Virus record (IMG/VR): IMGVR_UViG_3300017605_001304
Span: 64,001-128,000 of that record
DNA from: a virus
DNA: 64,000 nt
Reading direction: 5' to 3' (one strand)
Positions 45,245-54,001 of the stretch are shown here, one piece after another. A program made the position numbers and the translations under genes. The stretch's first letter is position 1; the number at the start of each line of letters is the position of its first letter. The notes under the pieces were generated by a model. The model saw only the letters and a program-made list of their open reading frames with translations. It was not told the DNA's origin and did not search any database.

Positions 45245-45763
45245 TCACTTGATCTCGGCGTGCACCGAGTAGCGGTTGAAGGCCGGGGATTCCCAGCTCA
45301 TCGTAACCGAAAGGTTGGTCGGGATGGGGTTGCCTGTGCAGTCGGGGTTGTTCTTGCCGACCGCGAAGGTCGCGGACTTGGCGTCCGCTTCGAAGGCGTC
45401 AGCCTGCAGCGCCTCCATCGGGCAGAGGCCACGCGCCGCCAGGATCGCCACGGCCTTGCCGTACGCGTAGCGCGGGTTCTGGACGAAGGCTTGGCCGTCG
45501 AGCCCCGCGTTCAGGAAGGCGAGCTGCAGGCCCTGCTTGATCGCGTCGGGGAGCGACTCCTGCGGAGGCGTCGGCTCGTTGGCACGCTTGTCCTTCTCCG
45601 GCGTCGAGAGCTTGTCGCCCTTGCCGTAGTAGTTCTGGTCGATCTTCTGGCTCAGGTTCGGCTTGTCCTTCGCCTTCTTGGCGTCGTTGGACACGGCGTC
45701 CGTCAGGACGAGACGTTCGACGAAGTTCAGGACGATGTTCGCCTTGGGCCCGATCTCACTCAT
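45245..45763 (-). CDS. Hypothetical protein
   Basis: GGAGG SD. Confidence 0.6.
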   Translation of the reverse strand: MSEIGPKANIVLNFVERLVLTDAVSNDAKKAKDKPNLSQKIDQNYYGKGDKLSTPEKDKRANEPTPPQESLPDAIKQGLQLAFLNAGLDGQAFVQNPRYAYGKAVAILAARGLCPMEALQADAFEADAKSATFAVGKNNPDCTGNPIPTNLSVTMSWESPAFNRYSVHAEIK

Positions 45764-47414
45764 GTCGACCTCCCTGCAGACCCCGGAAGAGTCGGGCTGC
45801 GATGTTGCGGACGGACTCCTTGACCGGTTCCTTGTCCTTGTACAGCAGCGGCTGCTTGCCGGACTTCACGGGCGCGTCCTTGGCCGCTTGCCGATCCACG
45901 GTATCGATCTCGACGTCCGGCCCGTACTCCTGGTGGATCCAGTCCTCGATCTCTCGATCGTTGTAGTCGTAGCCATCGGGCGTCTTGACCGTCTCGAAGT
46001 CTTCCCCGAAGACCTCGCGGCCCAGGAAGCGACCATCCTTGGTGTAGATGAAGCGGATCTCGGGCTGCGAGTCCTGCTTAAAGAACTCGATGTGGCCTCG
46101 TCTATCTTTATAGGATCCGCGGTCCTTCAGCAGGTGCCAGTAGATGTTCTCGGCAGCGAAGTCCTTGATCACCTTATCGTTGTCTTCCCACTCGTTAGGA
46201 ATACTCTCCATCGTCGGGTGCTGACCGTCCAAGAAGAACCAGTACGTCGAGGTGTTGTCCGCGCCCCAAAGATGTTCATGCTCACAATCTTGACAATAGT
46301 TCTGCCCGCAGTATTCGCAGTTATAGATGTCCTCGGGATCAAAGCTGTCCCCGCAGCCAGAGCACTCCTCCGTCTCATGATCCACCCAGAATCTCCCGCC
46401 GTGCGCATCCTGAATCCGCCGCTGCTGCTCCGACGTGAAGTCGTCCCACTCCAGCCCGCTGTCGTCCGACAAGCCGTTGACGCGGTTGGTGCAGAAGAGG
46501 TCCGCCAACTTCGCCAACGAGTCTTCGTCGTTGGGTTCCTTGTTCGACGGGCCACGGATCTGCACCGCGCTCTTGTCGTCGACGTCGACCGTGATCAGCG
46601 GCCTCCAGATCTTCGTCTTCGGGTCCAAGGCCCGGTACGAGTAGAGCGTGCCCTCCCCTGCTCCACAGTGGTGCATCAGCTCACCTTCGAGATCCGACTC
46701 GCGACAGTCTAGGTGCACCCAAGCCGAGCCGTCGTCGTACTCAAGCACGATCTCGCCGAGATCACCCGCCTTGTTCGCGGACCGGATGTCGCCGCGTAGC
46801 TGAGCAGCGTACTTCTCACGGAGCTCGGCGACCCGATGTATGAGGCTTGCGGGGTTGGCCGCCTTTACGTCGAAGTTGATGTTGTCGAGGAGCGTGTCGA
46901 TGTCGATCTTCGTCTTTTCCGCGATCTCGCCCAGTCCGCGGAGCCCGTCCTGCAGGTTGTCCTTCACCTGATAGAAATCAAGTGGCATCCAGTCCGCGTT
47001 CCACCCAAGGGCCACACAGAGCTTTGCGTAGTAATACTGCGTCGCGCTCACGATCGCCCGCCCTGCGGGATCTTCGCGGTTTTCCTTTGTGGAAGGCAGC
47101 GCGTGCCCGAGAATCTCTCGATACCGGTTCCACGCACCGAGGAGCATCCAACGAAACGCCCAGATCGAGCGGTCGTAGCGCTTGAATTGCAGGGCCAGCT
47201 CTTCGCCGAGTTTGTAGAGCTGATCAGGATCCGAGAAGATGTTCGCGTTATTCGCCTGTCGCTTACGGAACTCACTCTCAGGCGGCAGTGCATCGATCAT
47301 CGCCTTGATCTTCTGCACATGCTTCACGTACGTTGCGAACATGGCGCGCATGTCCGCCTGCGGGTTACGACCCTCGGCCAGCAGGCGCACGAAGATGTCG
47401 TAGACCCGAGCCAT
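45756..47414 (-). CDS. PcfJ-like domain protein with Zn finger and terminal tags (paralogue A)
   Basis: SDLEGELMHHCG...YSYR...TVDV...QIRGPSN; CSGC/CEYC/CQDC; C-terminal ESVRNIAARLF. Confidence 0.7.
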   Translation of the reverse strand: MARVYDIFVRLLAEGRNPQADMRAMFATYVKHVQKIKAMIDALPPESEFRKRQANNANIFSDPDQLYKLGEELALQFKRYDRSIWAFRWMLLGAWNRYREILGHALPSTKENREDPAGRAIVSATQYYYAKLCVALGWNADWMPLDFYQVKDNLQDGLRGLGEIAEKTKIDIDTLLDNINFDVKAANPASLIHRVAELREKYAAQLRGDIRSANKAGDLGEIVLEYDDGSAWVHLDCRESDLEGELMHHCGAGEGTLYSYRALDPKTKIWRPLITVDVDDKSAVQIRGPSNKEPNDEDSLAKLADLFCTNRVNGLSDDSGLEWDDFTSEQQRRIQDAHGGRFWVDHETEECSGCGDSFDPEDIYNCEYCGQNYCQDCEHEHLWGADNTSTYWFFLDGQHPTMESIPNEWEDNDKVIKDFAAENIYWHLLKDRGSYKDRRGHIEFFKQDSQPEIRFIYTKDGRFLGREVFGEDFETVKTPDGYDYNDREIEDWIHQEYGPDVEIDTVDRQAAKDAPVKSGKQPLLYKDKEPVKESVRNIAARLFRGLQGGRHE

Positions 47415-49183
47415 CAACGGTCTCCCTGGAAGAGCCTCTTCGCGAGCGCTCGACTGGACTCCTTTTGCTGGTACAGGAGCGGCTGCTTCCCGGCCTTCAC
47501 CGGAGCGTCGCGCTTCGCCTGCCGCGACTCGTCCTCGATGTCGACGTCCGGGCCGTACTGCTGGTAGACCCAGTAGTCGATGTCTGCCTTCGGGACGTTC
47601 GCGACGTAGCGCCGGCCTGGAACTCCCTCCGGCTCGTGCGACCGATACCAGTCATCTTGACCAGAGAACTGCTCGATGCCGAGCAGTCGTCCATCATGCT
47701 TCGAGTAGATGAAGATGGTCTGCGGCGGGTCCTTGCCGTAGTACATCTCGACGTCTCTACGGGCCACGCCCTTCCAGTCAAAGTCGTACTTATTGTCTGG
47801 ATTAGCGGCCATGTATTGAAACGCGTCGGTATCCGGCGTCTCGCCCTCATTATCGTTGTCGCCCCACTTCGTGGGAAGCAGTCCGTCCCACACCAACTGG
47901 CCGTCGACGTAGGCCCAGACTTGGATCGTATCGCCCCAGAGCTCGTCCTCCTCATGACCACCGATACAATCGTTACAGTAGAGTTCGTCGCAGTATTCGC
48001 ACTTGTTCAGCTCGTCCTCGTCGAACCGATCTCCGCAGCCCTCGCACTTCTCGCGGTTGTCCTCTTCCGGCTCGTTGTCGCCGTCATCAGCATCTTGCTC
48101 GCGGTGGCCGGGGTAAACGTGGCGAGAGTCGGTAAAGGTAAAGCCGGGGTTCTCGCTCTGGATCTTGGCGACCTGCTCCGGGGTGAAGTTGCTCTTCTGG
48201 ACGTCGCCCCCGTACGTCGTCCCGCGCATCCACTTGGCGGTCGCGAGCAGGTCGGTGAGCTTCTCCCAGGCTTTCGGGTCGTCGTCGAGCACGGCGTTGG
48301 CCGACCCACGGAACTGCGCGACGCGGTGGTCGTGCGTCAGCCCGACGTTGTAGACGGGCTGCCAGCCCTTGCCGCTCGGAGCCTTCTCGCGGTAGGAGAG
48401 CTGGTCCCCGCCCGACGAGCCGCCGCAGTGGTGCATCAACTCGCCTTCGAGATCCGACTGCGTGCACTTCAAGTTCAGCCAGACTGCTCCGTCCGGGTAC
48501 TTGACGACGACCTCGCCGACAGCACCTTGCTTGTTCGCGGTGGTGATGTCGCCCATGAGCTCGGCGCGGAAGTCCGCTTCGATCTTCTTATAGACAGAAG
48601 GCAGATGACTACTTGGCATCGGAACCACGAAGCCGCCCTTTGCCAGGATCGTGTCCACCGGCTGCGTCGTCTTCTTGTTCACCTTTTCAGCAATCTCAAG
48701 AATCGCCGTCAGTATTGCAGTAACTCTGTCCGTAGGCAGTGGCCCGTTACCTAGAGTCGGATCCACCCTGCGAACGATCGCAGCCACGGCTTCCATCAGG
48801 GAATTGTAAAACCCCTCCCATTCCACAGAATGGCTATTCGCTGCCCGCTGGACACATAGGTTATGAATAAGACGATTCACTACGATTGCAAGCATCCATC
48901 TCCACGCCTGAATCGCGTACGTATACGAACCGAGACGCTTACAGAGCTGAAACGCAACCTCGTCCTCCGGCTGGTCTACGTAGCGCCGCAAGGCGCCTAG
49001 CTCGTTTTGTAGCGCCTGCGTAAGAGGTTGATAATTAGGATCGCTATCGGCCTTCGCGAGCACCTCCGGCGTGAAGATCCTCTCGATCCGCCGGATGGCG
49101 GCGTGGCCGATCTCCCGCATGTCGGTAAAGGGATTCCGCCCCTCCAGCAGAGCTTGCAGGAAGAAGTCCTTGGGAGAGGCCAT
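47414..49183 (-). CDS. PcfJ-like domain protein with Zn finger and terminal tags (paralogue B)
   Basis: SDLEGELMHHCG...LSYR...QFRGSAN; CEGC/CEYC/CNDC; C-terminal ESSRALAKRLF. Confidence 0.7.
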   Translation of the reverse strand: MASPKDFFLQALLEGRNPFTDMREIGHAAIRRIERIFTPEVLAKADSDPNYQPLTQALQNELGALRRYVDQPEDEVAFQLCKRLGSYTYAIQAWRWMLAIVVNRLIHNLCVQRAANSHSVEWEGFYNSLMEAVAAIVRRVDPTLGNGPLPTDRVTAILTAILEIAEKVNKKTTQPVDTILAKGGFVVPMPSSHLPSVYKKIEADFRAELMGDITTANKQGAVGEVVVKYPDGAVWLNLKCTQSDLEGELMHHCGGSSGGDQLSYREKAPSGKGWQPVYNVGLTHDHRVAQFRGSANAVLDDDPKAWEKLTDLLATAKWMRGTTYGGDVQKSNFTPEQVAKIQSENPGFTFTDSRHVYPGHREQDADDGDNEPEEDNREKCEGCGDRFDEDELNKCEYCDELYCNDCIGGHEEDELWGDTIQVWAYVDGQLVWDGLLPTKWGDNDNEGETPDTDAFQYMAANPDNKYDFDWKGVARRDVEMYYGKDPPQTIFIYSKHDGRLLGIEQFSGQDDWYRSHEPEGVPGRRYVANVPKADIDYWVYQQYGPDVDIEDESRQAKRDAPVKAGKQPLLYQQKESSRALAKRLFQGDR

Positions 49184-49192
49184 TCCGTCTCC

Positions 49193-51640
49193 TTAGATCG
49201 ATGAGACCCACAACGAGAGCTTGCCGGTGCCGCTCATCGTGCGCACGTCGACGCGCAGGCTCTGCGCACCGGTCGTCGGGAAGATCATCTCGGTGCCGTG
49301 CCGGTAGTTCGTCTCGGACGTGTCGCTGCGGATGTCCAGGTTCTTGCAGAGCTTTGTGTCTCGCCACGTCGTGAGATCCGGGCAGTCCCCGTCCTGCGCC
49401 GACCAGACGATGTCGAGCGTGCACGACGGCTGCGTCGCGGCGTCGTTCTCGAACTCGACGTGCAGCACAGCCCCTTGCGCCATCGCCCCGAGCACGTACG
49501 TCGTCGTACCGGCCGTCGGCGCGGAGATCTTGTCGAACTCCTTCTGGAAGAAGTTCTGCACCAGCGCGACGTCGTTCTCAACCGTGACGTTCACCGTCGT
49601 GGACGTCGTCGTATTCCCGGCCGCGTCCCGCGCCGTCGCCGTGAGCGCGTGCGCCCCGTTCAGGGCCGTCGTCGTGTCCCAGCTCACCGTGTACGGCGCC
49701 ACCAGGACCTCGGCGCCGAGGTTGTTCCCGTCGAGCTTGAACTGCACGCCGACCACCGCCACGTTGTCCGCGGCGTCCGCAGCCACCAGGACCAGCTCTG
49801 AGACCGTCGCCTCATCGACCGGGCTGGTCAGGCTGACCGTCGGCGGGGTCAAGTCCGTCGCCGGGGGCGTCGCGCCCTGCTCGAAGGCTCCGGCGTCCAG
49901 CGTCGCATCCGCCGTCGAGCGAATGTAGCCCAGGTAGTCCCGGTAGAGCATCGGCAACGAGCCGCCGATGTTCTTCGCCGCGCTGCCGGAGACCAGACTG
50001 AAGTCGTGGCCCGCCGAGTTCGTGAAGATCGGATCCGTGCCGGTGTTGTTCGACTGGAAGAGTCCGAGCGGGTCGAAGCCCGCCGTCTGCCACTGCACGA
50101 AGGTCTTGTTCCCGTTGTTGAACGAGAACGCGCCGTTCGTGGACGTCGAGTCGCCGGAGTTCGAGTAGTAGAAGTTCCGGTTGCAGTTCACGTACAGGTA
50201 GTCGTCGCTGCTGCCCTGCGCCCCGAAGCCGAGCTGCACGAACTTCTTGTCCGCCACGTCCACGTCCGACGTACGGAAGACGATGTTGTTGCGGATCTGA
50301 ATCGTGCGGACGCCGTTGGTGTAGATGCCGCCGTTGCCGCTGGCATAGACCGTGTTGCCGTAGACGCCGACGTTCTGGGTGCGCTCGGTCGGGAAGTTCT
50401 GGTTCGAGAAGCCAAGCTGAATGCCGTAGAGGCAGTTCTCGAAGACGTTGTTCTTGATCACGCCCCGGTTGACGTAGTAGGCCGTCATGCCGTCACCGGT
50501 GCAGTTCTGGAAGTAGCACGCCTCCATCCAGAGGTCCTGCGCCTCCGAGCTACCGTCGACGCTTCCGTTCGAGCCGACGCCCGCGCCCTCGTTGGCGTTC
50601 TTGAACGTGCAGCCGTACAGCATGTACTTCTGGCAGCCGGAGAGCAGCAACGCCGACTGGACGCCGTTGCTGAAGCCGTCGTACGTCCCACCTCGGATTT
50701 CGAGGAGGTCGCCGTGGAAGTAGGCGTTGGTGGCACGGCCGGGCGAGTTGTTGTAGCAGTTGGCGTTGATCACGCCGTACCACGAGATGCGCCCGCCGCC
50801 GTTGCTGAAGCCCATGCCGCCACCGCCCGGGATCCCGAGGTGGCCGGTGGCTTCGCAGTTCGCCCAAGTGACCTTCTTCGAGGCGACGTTGCCGTCGGTG
50901 GCCTCGAACGTCCCGTTCACCTGCTTGCAGCCGTCGAAGGTCGAGCCGAAGGCCGTTGCTCCGACCCAGCCCTGCCCCGGCGTCGGCCAACGGAATTCCC
51001 AGTTCTTGATCAGGATCGACTCGCCCCAGTTGTCGGTGAAGTGACCATTGTTCCCCTGGTAGAGGCTGACCCCTTCGCTGATCGAGATGATCGGGTTCGC
51101 GCCCGAGCCGTAGGTGTCGCCGATCATCGGGTGCGTGAAGACGCCGGTGTCCCCGTTCCCGCCGTTGTTTGAGTAGGTGAACGTGTCGCCCCGGTTCAGC
51201 AGGATCTTCTTCGGCTGGCCAGTAACTCGCGGCGGGTAGAGACCGCCGACGCCGTTGAACGCGACCTGGAACGCCTTGAGCGGCGTCTGGTACGGCGCGT
51301 TCTGGGAGCCGTTGCCGGTCGAGTCGTTGCCGCTGCTCGCGACGTAGATCGTGCCCCAGGCCGGGTTCCAGTTGCTGACCACGACCTGGAACGTCGTCGA
51401 GTTCGTCGCACCGAGATCGTCCGTCACCGTGAGCTGGACGTTGTAGGTCCCTGCAGTGTCGAAGCGGTGCGATGCGATCGGGCCGTAAAGCACCGGCGAC
51501 CCGTCCGCGAAGTTCCAAGCGTAGTCGACGATCGTTCGACCGGTGTCGAAGGTTGAGTTGAGTCCGTGGAAGCGCTCCCACGTGTAGCCCGCGAGGTGCA
51601 TCGTCTCGCCGGGCTCGGCGATGATTGCTACGAGCGCCAT
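49193..51640 (-). CDS. PKD + right-handed beta-helix (pectate lyase-like) + Ig (Big_7-like) + FQKEF domain protein
   Basis: YAWNFADG...GTYNVQLTVTD; IYVASSGND...PYQT; Asn-ladder repeats; PPTVSLTSP...WDTT...ARDAAGN; FFQKEF. Confidence 0.8.
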   Translation of the reverse strand: MALVAIIAEPGETMHLAGYTWERFHGLNSTFDTGRTIVDYAWNFADGSPVLYGPIASHRFDTAGTYNVQLTVTDDLGATNSTTFQVVVSNWNPAWGTIYVASSGNDSTGNGSQNAPYQTPLKAFQVAFNGVGGLYPPRVTGQPKKILLNRGDTFTYSNNGGNGDTGVFTHPMIGDTYGSGANPIISISEGVSLYQGNNGHFTDNWGESILIKNWEFRWPTPGQGWVGATAFGSTFDGCKQVNGTFEATDGNVASKKVTWANCEATGHLGIPGGGGMGFSNGGGRISWYGVINANCYNNSPGRATNAYFHGDLLEIRGGTYDGFSNGVQSALLLSGCQKYMLYGCTFKNANEGAGVGSNGSVDGSSEAQDLWMEACYFQNCTGDGMTAYYVNRGVIKNNVFENCLYGIQLGFSNQNFPTERTQNVGVYGNTVYASGNGGIYTNGVRTIQIRNNIVFRTSDVDVADKKFVQLGFGAQGSSDDYLYVNCNRNFYYSNSGDSTSTNGAFSFNNGNKTFVQWQTAGFDPLGLFQSNNTGTDPIFTNSAGHDFSLVSGSAAKNIGGSLPMLYRDYLGYIRSTADATLDAGAFEQGATPPATDLTPPTVSLTSPVDEATVSELVLVAADAADNVAVVGVQFKLDGNNLGAEVLVAPYTVSWDTTTALNGAHALTATARDAAGNTTTSTTVNVTVENDVALVQNFFQKEFDKISAPTAGTTTYVLGAMAQGAVLHVEFENDAATQPSCTLDIVWSAQDGDCPDLTTWRDTKLCKNLDIRSDTSETNYRHGTEMIFPTTGAQSLRVDVRTMSGTGKLSLWVSSI

Positions 51641-51649
51641 GTGTCCTCC

Positions 51650-52030
51650 TTAGAGCGCAGCGACCCAGACCGAAACGGCACCGGAACCTGCGATGCTGCC
51701 GACGTCGACACGTAGAGCCCGCGCACCCGAGGAGTTGAAGTTGAGCTCCGAGCCGTGCCGCCACAGCGGCGGCGTACCGGTCTGCTGGGTGTCGGCCTGG
51801 ATGTCGAGGTTGACCGAGGTCTGCTGCTGGAACTGCTTGGTCGTCAGGTCCCCCGAGATCCACAGCACGCGGATCACGCAGGACGGCTGTGTCGCGGCGT
51901 TGTTCTGGAGCTCGACCTTGATCACGACGCCTTGGGCCGCCGCCGACAGCGTGTACGTATTCGTGCCGGTCGTCGCGGTCGAGACCGCGTTATGCTCCTT
52001 CGCGAACGTGTTCCGCGTGAGAGCGGGCAT
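51650..52030 (-). CDS. FQKEF-family beta protein (copy 3)
   Basis: RNTFAKEH...NTYTL...GVVIKVE...SVWVAA. Confidence 0.7.
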   Translation of the reverse strand: MPALTRNTFAKEHNAVSTATTGTNTYTLSAAAQGVVIKVELQNNAATQPSCVIRVLWISGDLTTKQFQQQTSVNLDIQADTQQTGTPPLWRHGSELNFNSSGARALRVDVGSIAGSGAVSVWVAAL

Positions 52031-52081
52031 GAGACCTCCATCGTGCGCGTAGCGCACACCTCTCCCGGGGCGGGAGGGACG

Positions 52082-52109
52082 TTGACACGACCTGTATTAC
52101 AGGTATGCT
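52082..52109 (+). promoter_or_regulatory. Sigma70-like promoter with palindromic operator
   Basis: TTGACA-N16-TATGCT containing ACCTGT-ATT-ACAGGT (52090-52104). Confidence 0.8.
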
Positions 52110-52144
52110 GAGGCCCGCCTTTCGAGCCCAAGAGGAGACTGAGC

Positions 52145-52303
52145 ATGTACCGATTCGCGCTGACCTTCGGGGCCCTGCTGATCCTGTCCGGGCTGTGCAG
52201 CCTGCTGATCTTCGGGGACTTCACCTGGGCCGACGCCGGGCTCGCGCTCACGGGCGCGCTGCTGGGTCGTCACTTCGGCCGCCGTGCAGGGCGCTTCTCG
52301 TGA
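52145..52303 (+). CDS. Small membrane protein (absent from the ORF track)
   Basis: GAGGAG SD; MYRFALTFGALLILSGLCSLLIFG... Confidence 0.55.
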   Translation: MYRFALTFGALLILSGLCSLLIFGDFTWADAGLALTGALLGRHFGRRAGRFS

Positions 52304-52533
52304 GCCCCTCCAACAACGAACTTCGGGTCCTACGGAAGCACGCCGACCGCATCGGCTTGGACCTGGAGTACGATCCGTCCGGGCGCTGGGACTACCCTTG
52401 GAAGTTCACGCGCCGCAAGAGCCGCTACGAGTGGCGGGTCAAGACGATCGATCGAGTACACTTCCACCTGGGCAACGAGCTCAGTCGGACGAAGCGTCTG
52501 AAGCGCATCGCGACGAGGCTCGTCGGAGCATGA
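52300..52533 (+). CDS. Hypothetical protein
   Basis: GTGA overlap. Confidence 0.5.
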   Translation: MSPSNNELRVLRKHADRIGLDLEYDPSGRWDYPWKFTRRKSRYEWRVKTIDRVHFHLGNELSRTKRLKRIATRLVGA

Positions 52534-52667
52534 AGAAGGAGATGAGCATGGATCGCGTCTTCCGTTTCTATCGGGCACATCCTCGGGCAACGCTGGTCCT
52601 CGCAGCCGCGGCGGACCTCTGCGTCTTGGCCGGTCTCGGACTGATCGTCCGGGCGATTTGGAGCTGA
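52530..52667 (+). CDS. Small membrane protein
   Basis: ATGA overlap; one hydrophobic segment. Confidence 0.5.
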   Translation: MKKEMSMDRVFRFYRAHPRATLVLAAAADLCVLAGLGLIVRAIWS

Positions 52668-52669
52668 CC

Positions 52670-52933
52670 GTGCAGTTCTACATCACCCAACCTGACGGCA
52701 CGACGCGGACGACCGAGATCCCAGACGAGGTCGTGGTCGCTGCAACGTCGCTCCAGATGGATGGCAAGCAGGCCATCACCGACAAGAGCAAGTCGTCTTG
52801 GGCCGATCTGATGGGCGCTGTCACGAAGGCGCTGCTCGACGCGGAGGACCGCGGTCGGCAGAAGGGGCGCGAGGACGTGAAGGCCAAACTGGCCGAGCTC
52901 GTCGACCGGCTCCTCACGGGGACCCTGCCGTGA
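52670..52933 (+). CDS. Hypothetical protein
   Basis: GAGCTGACCGTG junction. Confidence 0.6.
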   Translation: MQFYITQPDGTTRTTEIPDEVVVAATSLQMDGKQAITDKSKSSWADLMGAVTKALLDAEDRGRQKGREDVKAKLAELVDRLLTGTLP

Positions 52934-53136
52934 ACGCGCACATCTACAGCGGCATGAACCTGCGCGACGCGCTGGATGCTGCGTTGCGCCTCGGTGTGCC
53001 GGTCGAGCATCTCCGCGGCACCGGAGAAGTGATGGTCGGAATCGGTGCGGACCGCGTCCGCGTGAACCGGCGTCGGAAGGACGCGCCGCGTTCCATGCTC
53101 GCGATCATCCGACGCTACGTCAGGAAGGCAGGCTGA
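52930..53136 (+). CDS. Hypothetical protein
   Basis: GTGA overlap; RGTGEV...VNRRRKDAP. Confidence 0.55.
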   Translation: MNAHIYSGMNLRDALDAALRLGVPVEHLRGTGEVMVGIGADRVRVNRRRKDAPRSMLAIIRRYVRKAG

Positions 53137-53137
53137 C

Positions 53138-53425
53138 GTGGCCGTGGAGATACAGGCCGTCCCCTTCCGCGCCCTTCTCTCGACAGAGGTCGCAAGAAGT
53201 CCACGTCGTTTCGACTTCCAGCACAACCCGCAGATTCGGCGGGAGCCGGGGCTCGACACACAAGGGCGTCAGCTCAAGCGAGCGTTCGTGCTGCGGTGCA
53301 AGTGCGGCCTTCATGTAGACTTCGGCCTGCGCTACGGTAAGGCCAGGGATGCGCAGAACGACCACGTACGGAAGCACTGGGACGAGCTTCCGTCCCAGAA
53401 GGAGACGACCCATGCCTCACGCTGA
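53138..53425 (+). CDS. Hypothetical Cys/His protein
   Basis: CKCG...H...H. Confidence 0.5.
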   Translation: MAVEIQAVPFRALLSTEVARSPRRFDFQHNPQIRREPGLDTQGRQLKRAFVLRCKCGLHVDFGLRYGKARDAQNDHVRKHWDELPSQKETTHASR

Positions 53426-53603
53426 AGACCGCTGCGATACCCCCAAGCACGACCGGCGCGAGAGCATCGTGACGGTGCGCGGGAAGCGGATGTGCGCCGA
53501 GTGCTGGCAGGCGCACTGCGGCAAGCCGCCCGAGCAGCCGTACGATGCGACGCTCCTGCCCGAAGGTCTGCGGGCCAGGACGAAGCCGTACGTCCCGTCA
53601 TGA
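53412..53603 (+). CDS. Small Cys-rich protein
   Basis: AAGGAG SD; CAECW. Confidence 0.55.
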   Translation: MPHAEDRCDTPKHDRRESIVTVRGKRMCAECWQAHCGKPPEQPYDATLLPEGLRARTKPYVPS

Positions 53604-54001
53604 GCCTCAGCGACGACGAGCTCAAGGCGATCGTGCAGCGGGTCAAGTTCAAGGGCGCCGCGTTCTACGTGGACGGCAGGACGATCCGCTTCAGCCTGAG
53701 CATCGAGCTCATCGACGGCGCACTACGGGAGCTCAAGGGAGCCGCGCTGGGGATCGTCCCGACGCCCGTCGACGGCTGGGAGTCTGAGCAGCACGTGCTC
53801 CGCGCGATCCAGACGACGTTCATCTGCTGGGCGCTGCACGAGATCCGGGAGCGGCTGTTCCTCGACGGGCATCACGTGACGGAGCCTCACCCCAACGGGC
53901 CCTCGGTCGACATGGTCCGGCAGACCGTCGAGTTGTTAGCGGCGCTCGGGTTCTGTAGGGTGATGGCGCATGGCGAATCCGAAGCAGCCGTGGGAGGGTG
54001 A
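53600..54001 (+). CDS. Hypothetical protein
   Basis: ATGA overlap; LHEIRE...EPH. Confidence 0.6.
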   Translation: MSLSDDELKAIVQRVKFKGAAFYVDGRTIRFSLSIELIDGALRELKGAALGIVPTPVDGWESEQHVLRAIQTTFICWALHEIRERLFLDGHHVTEPHPNGPSVDMVRQTVELLAALGFCRVMAHGESEAAVGG

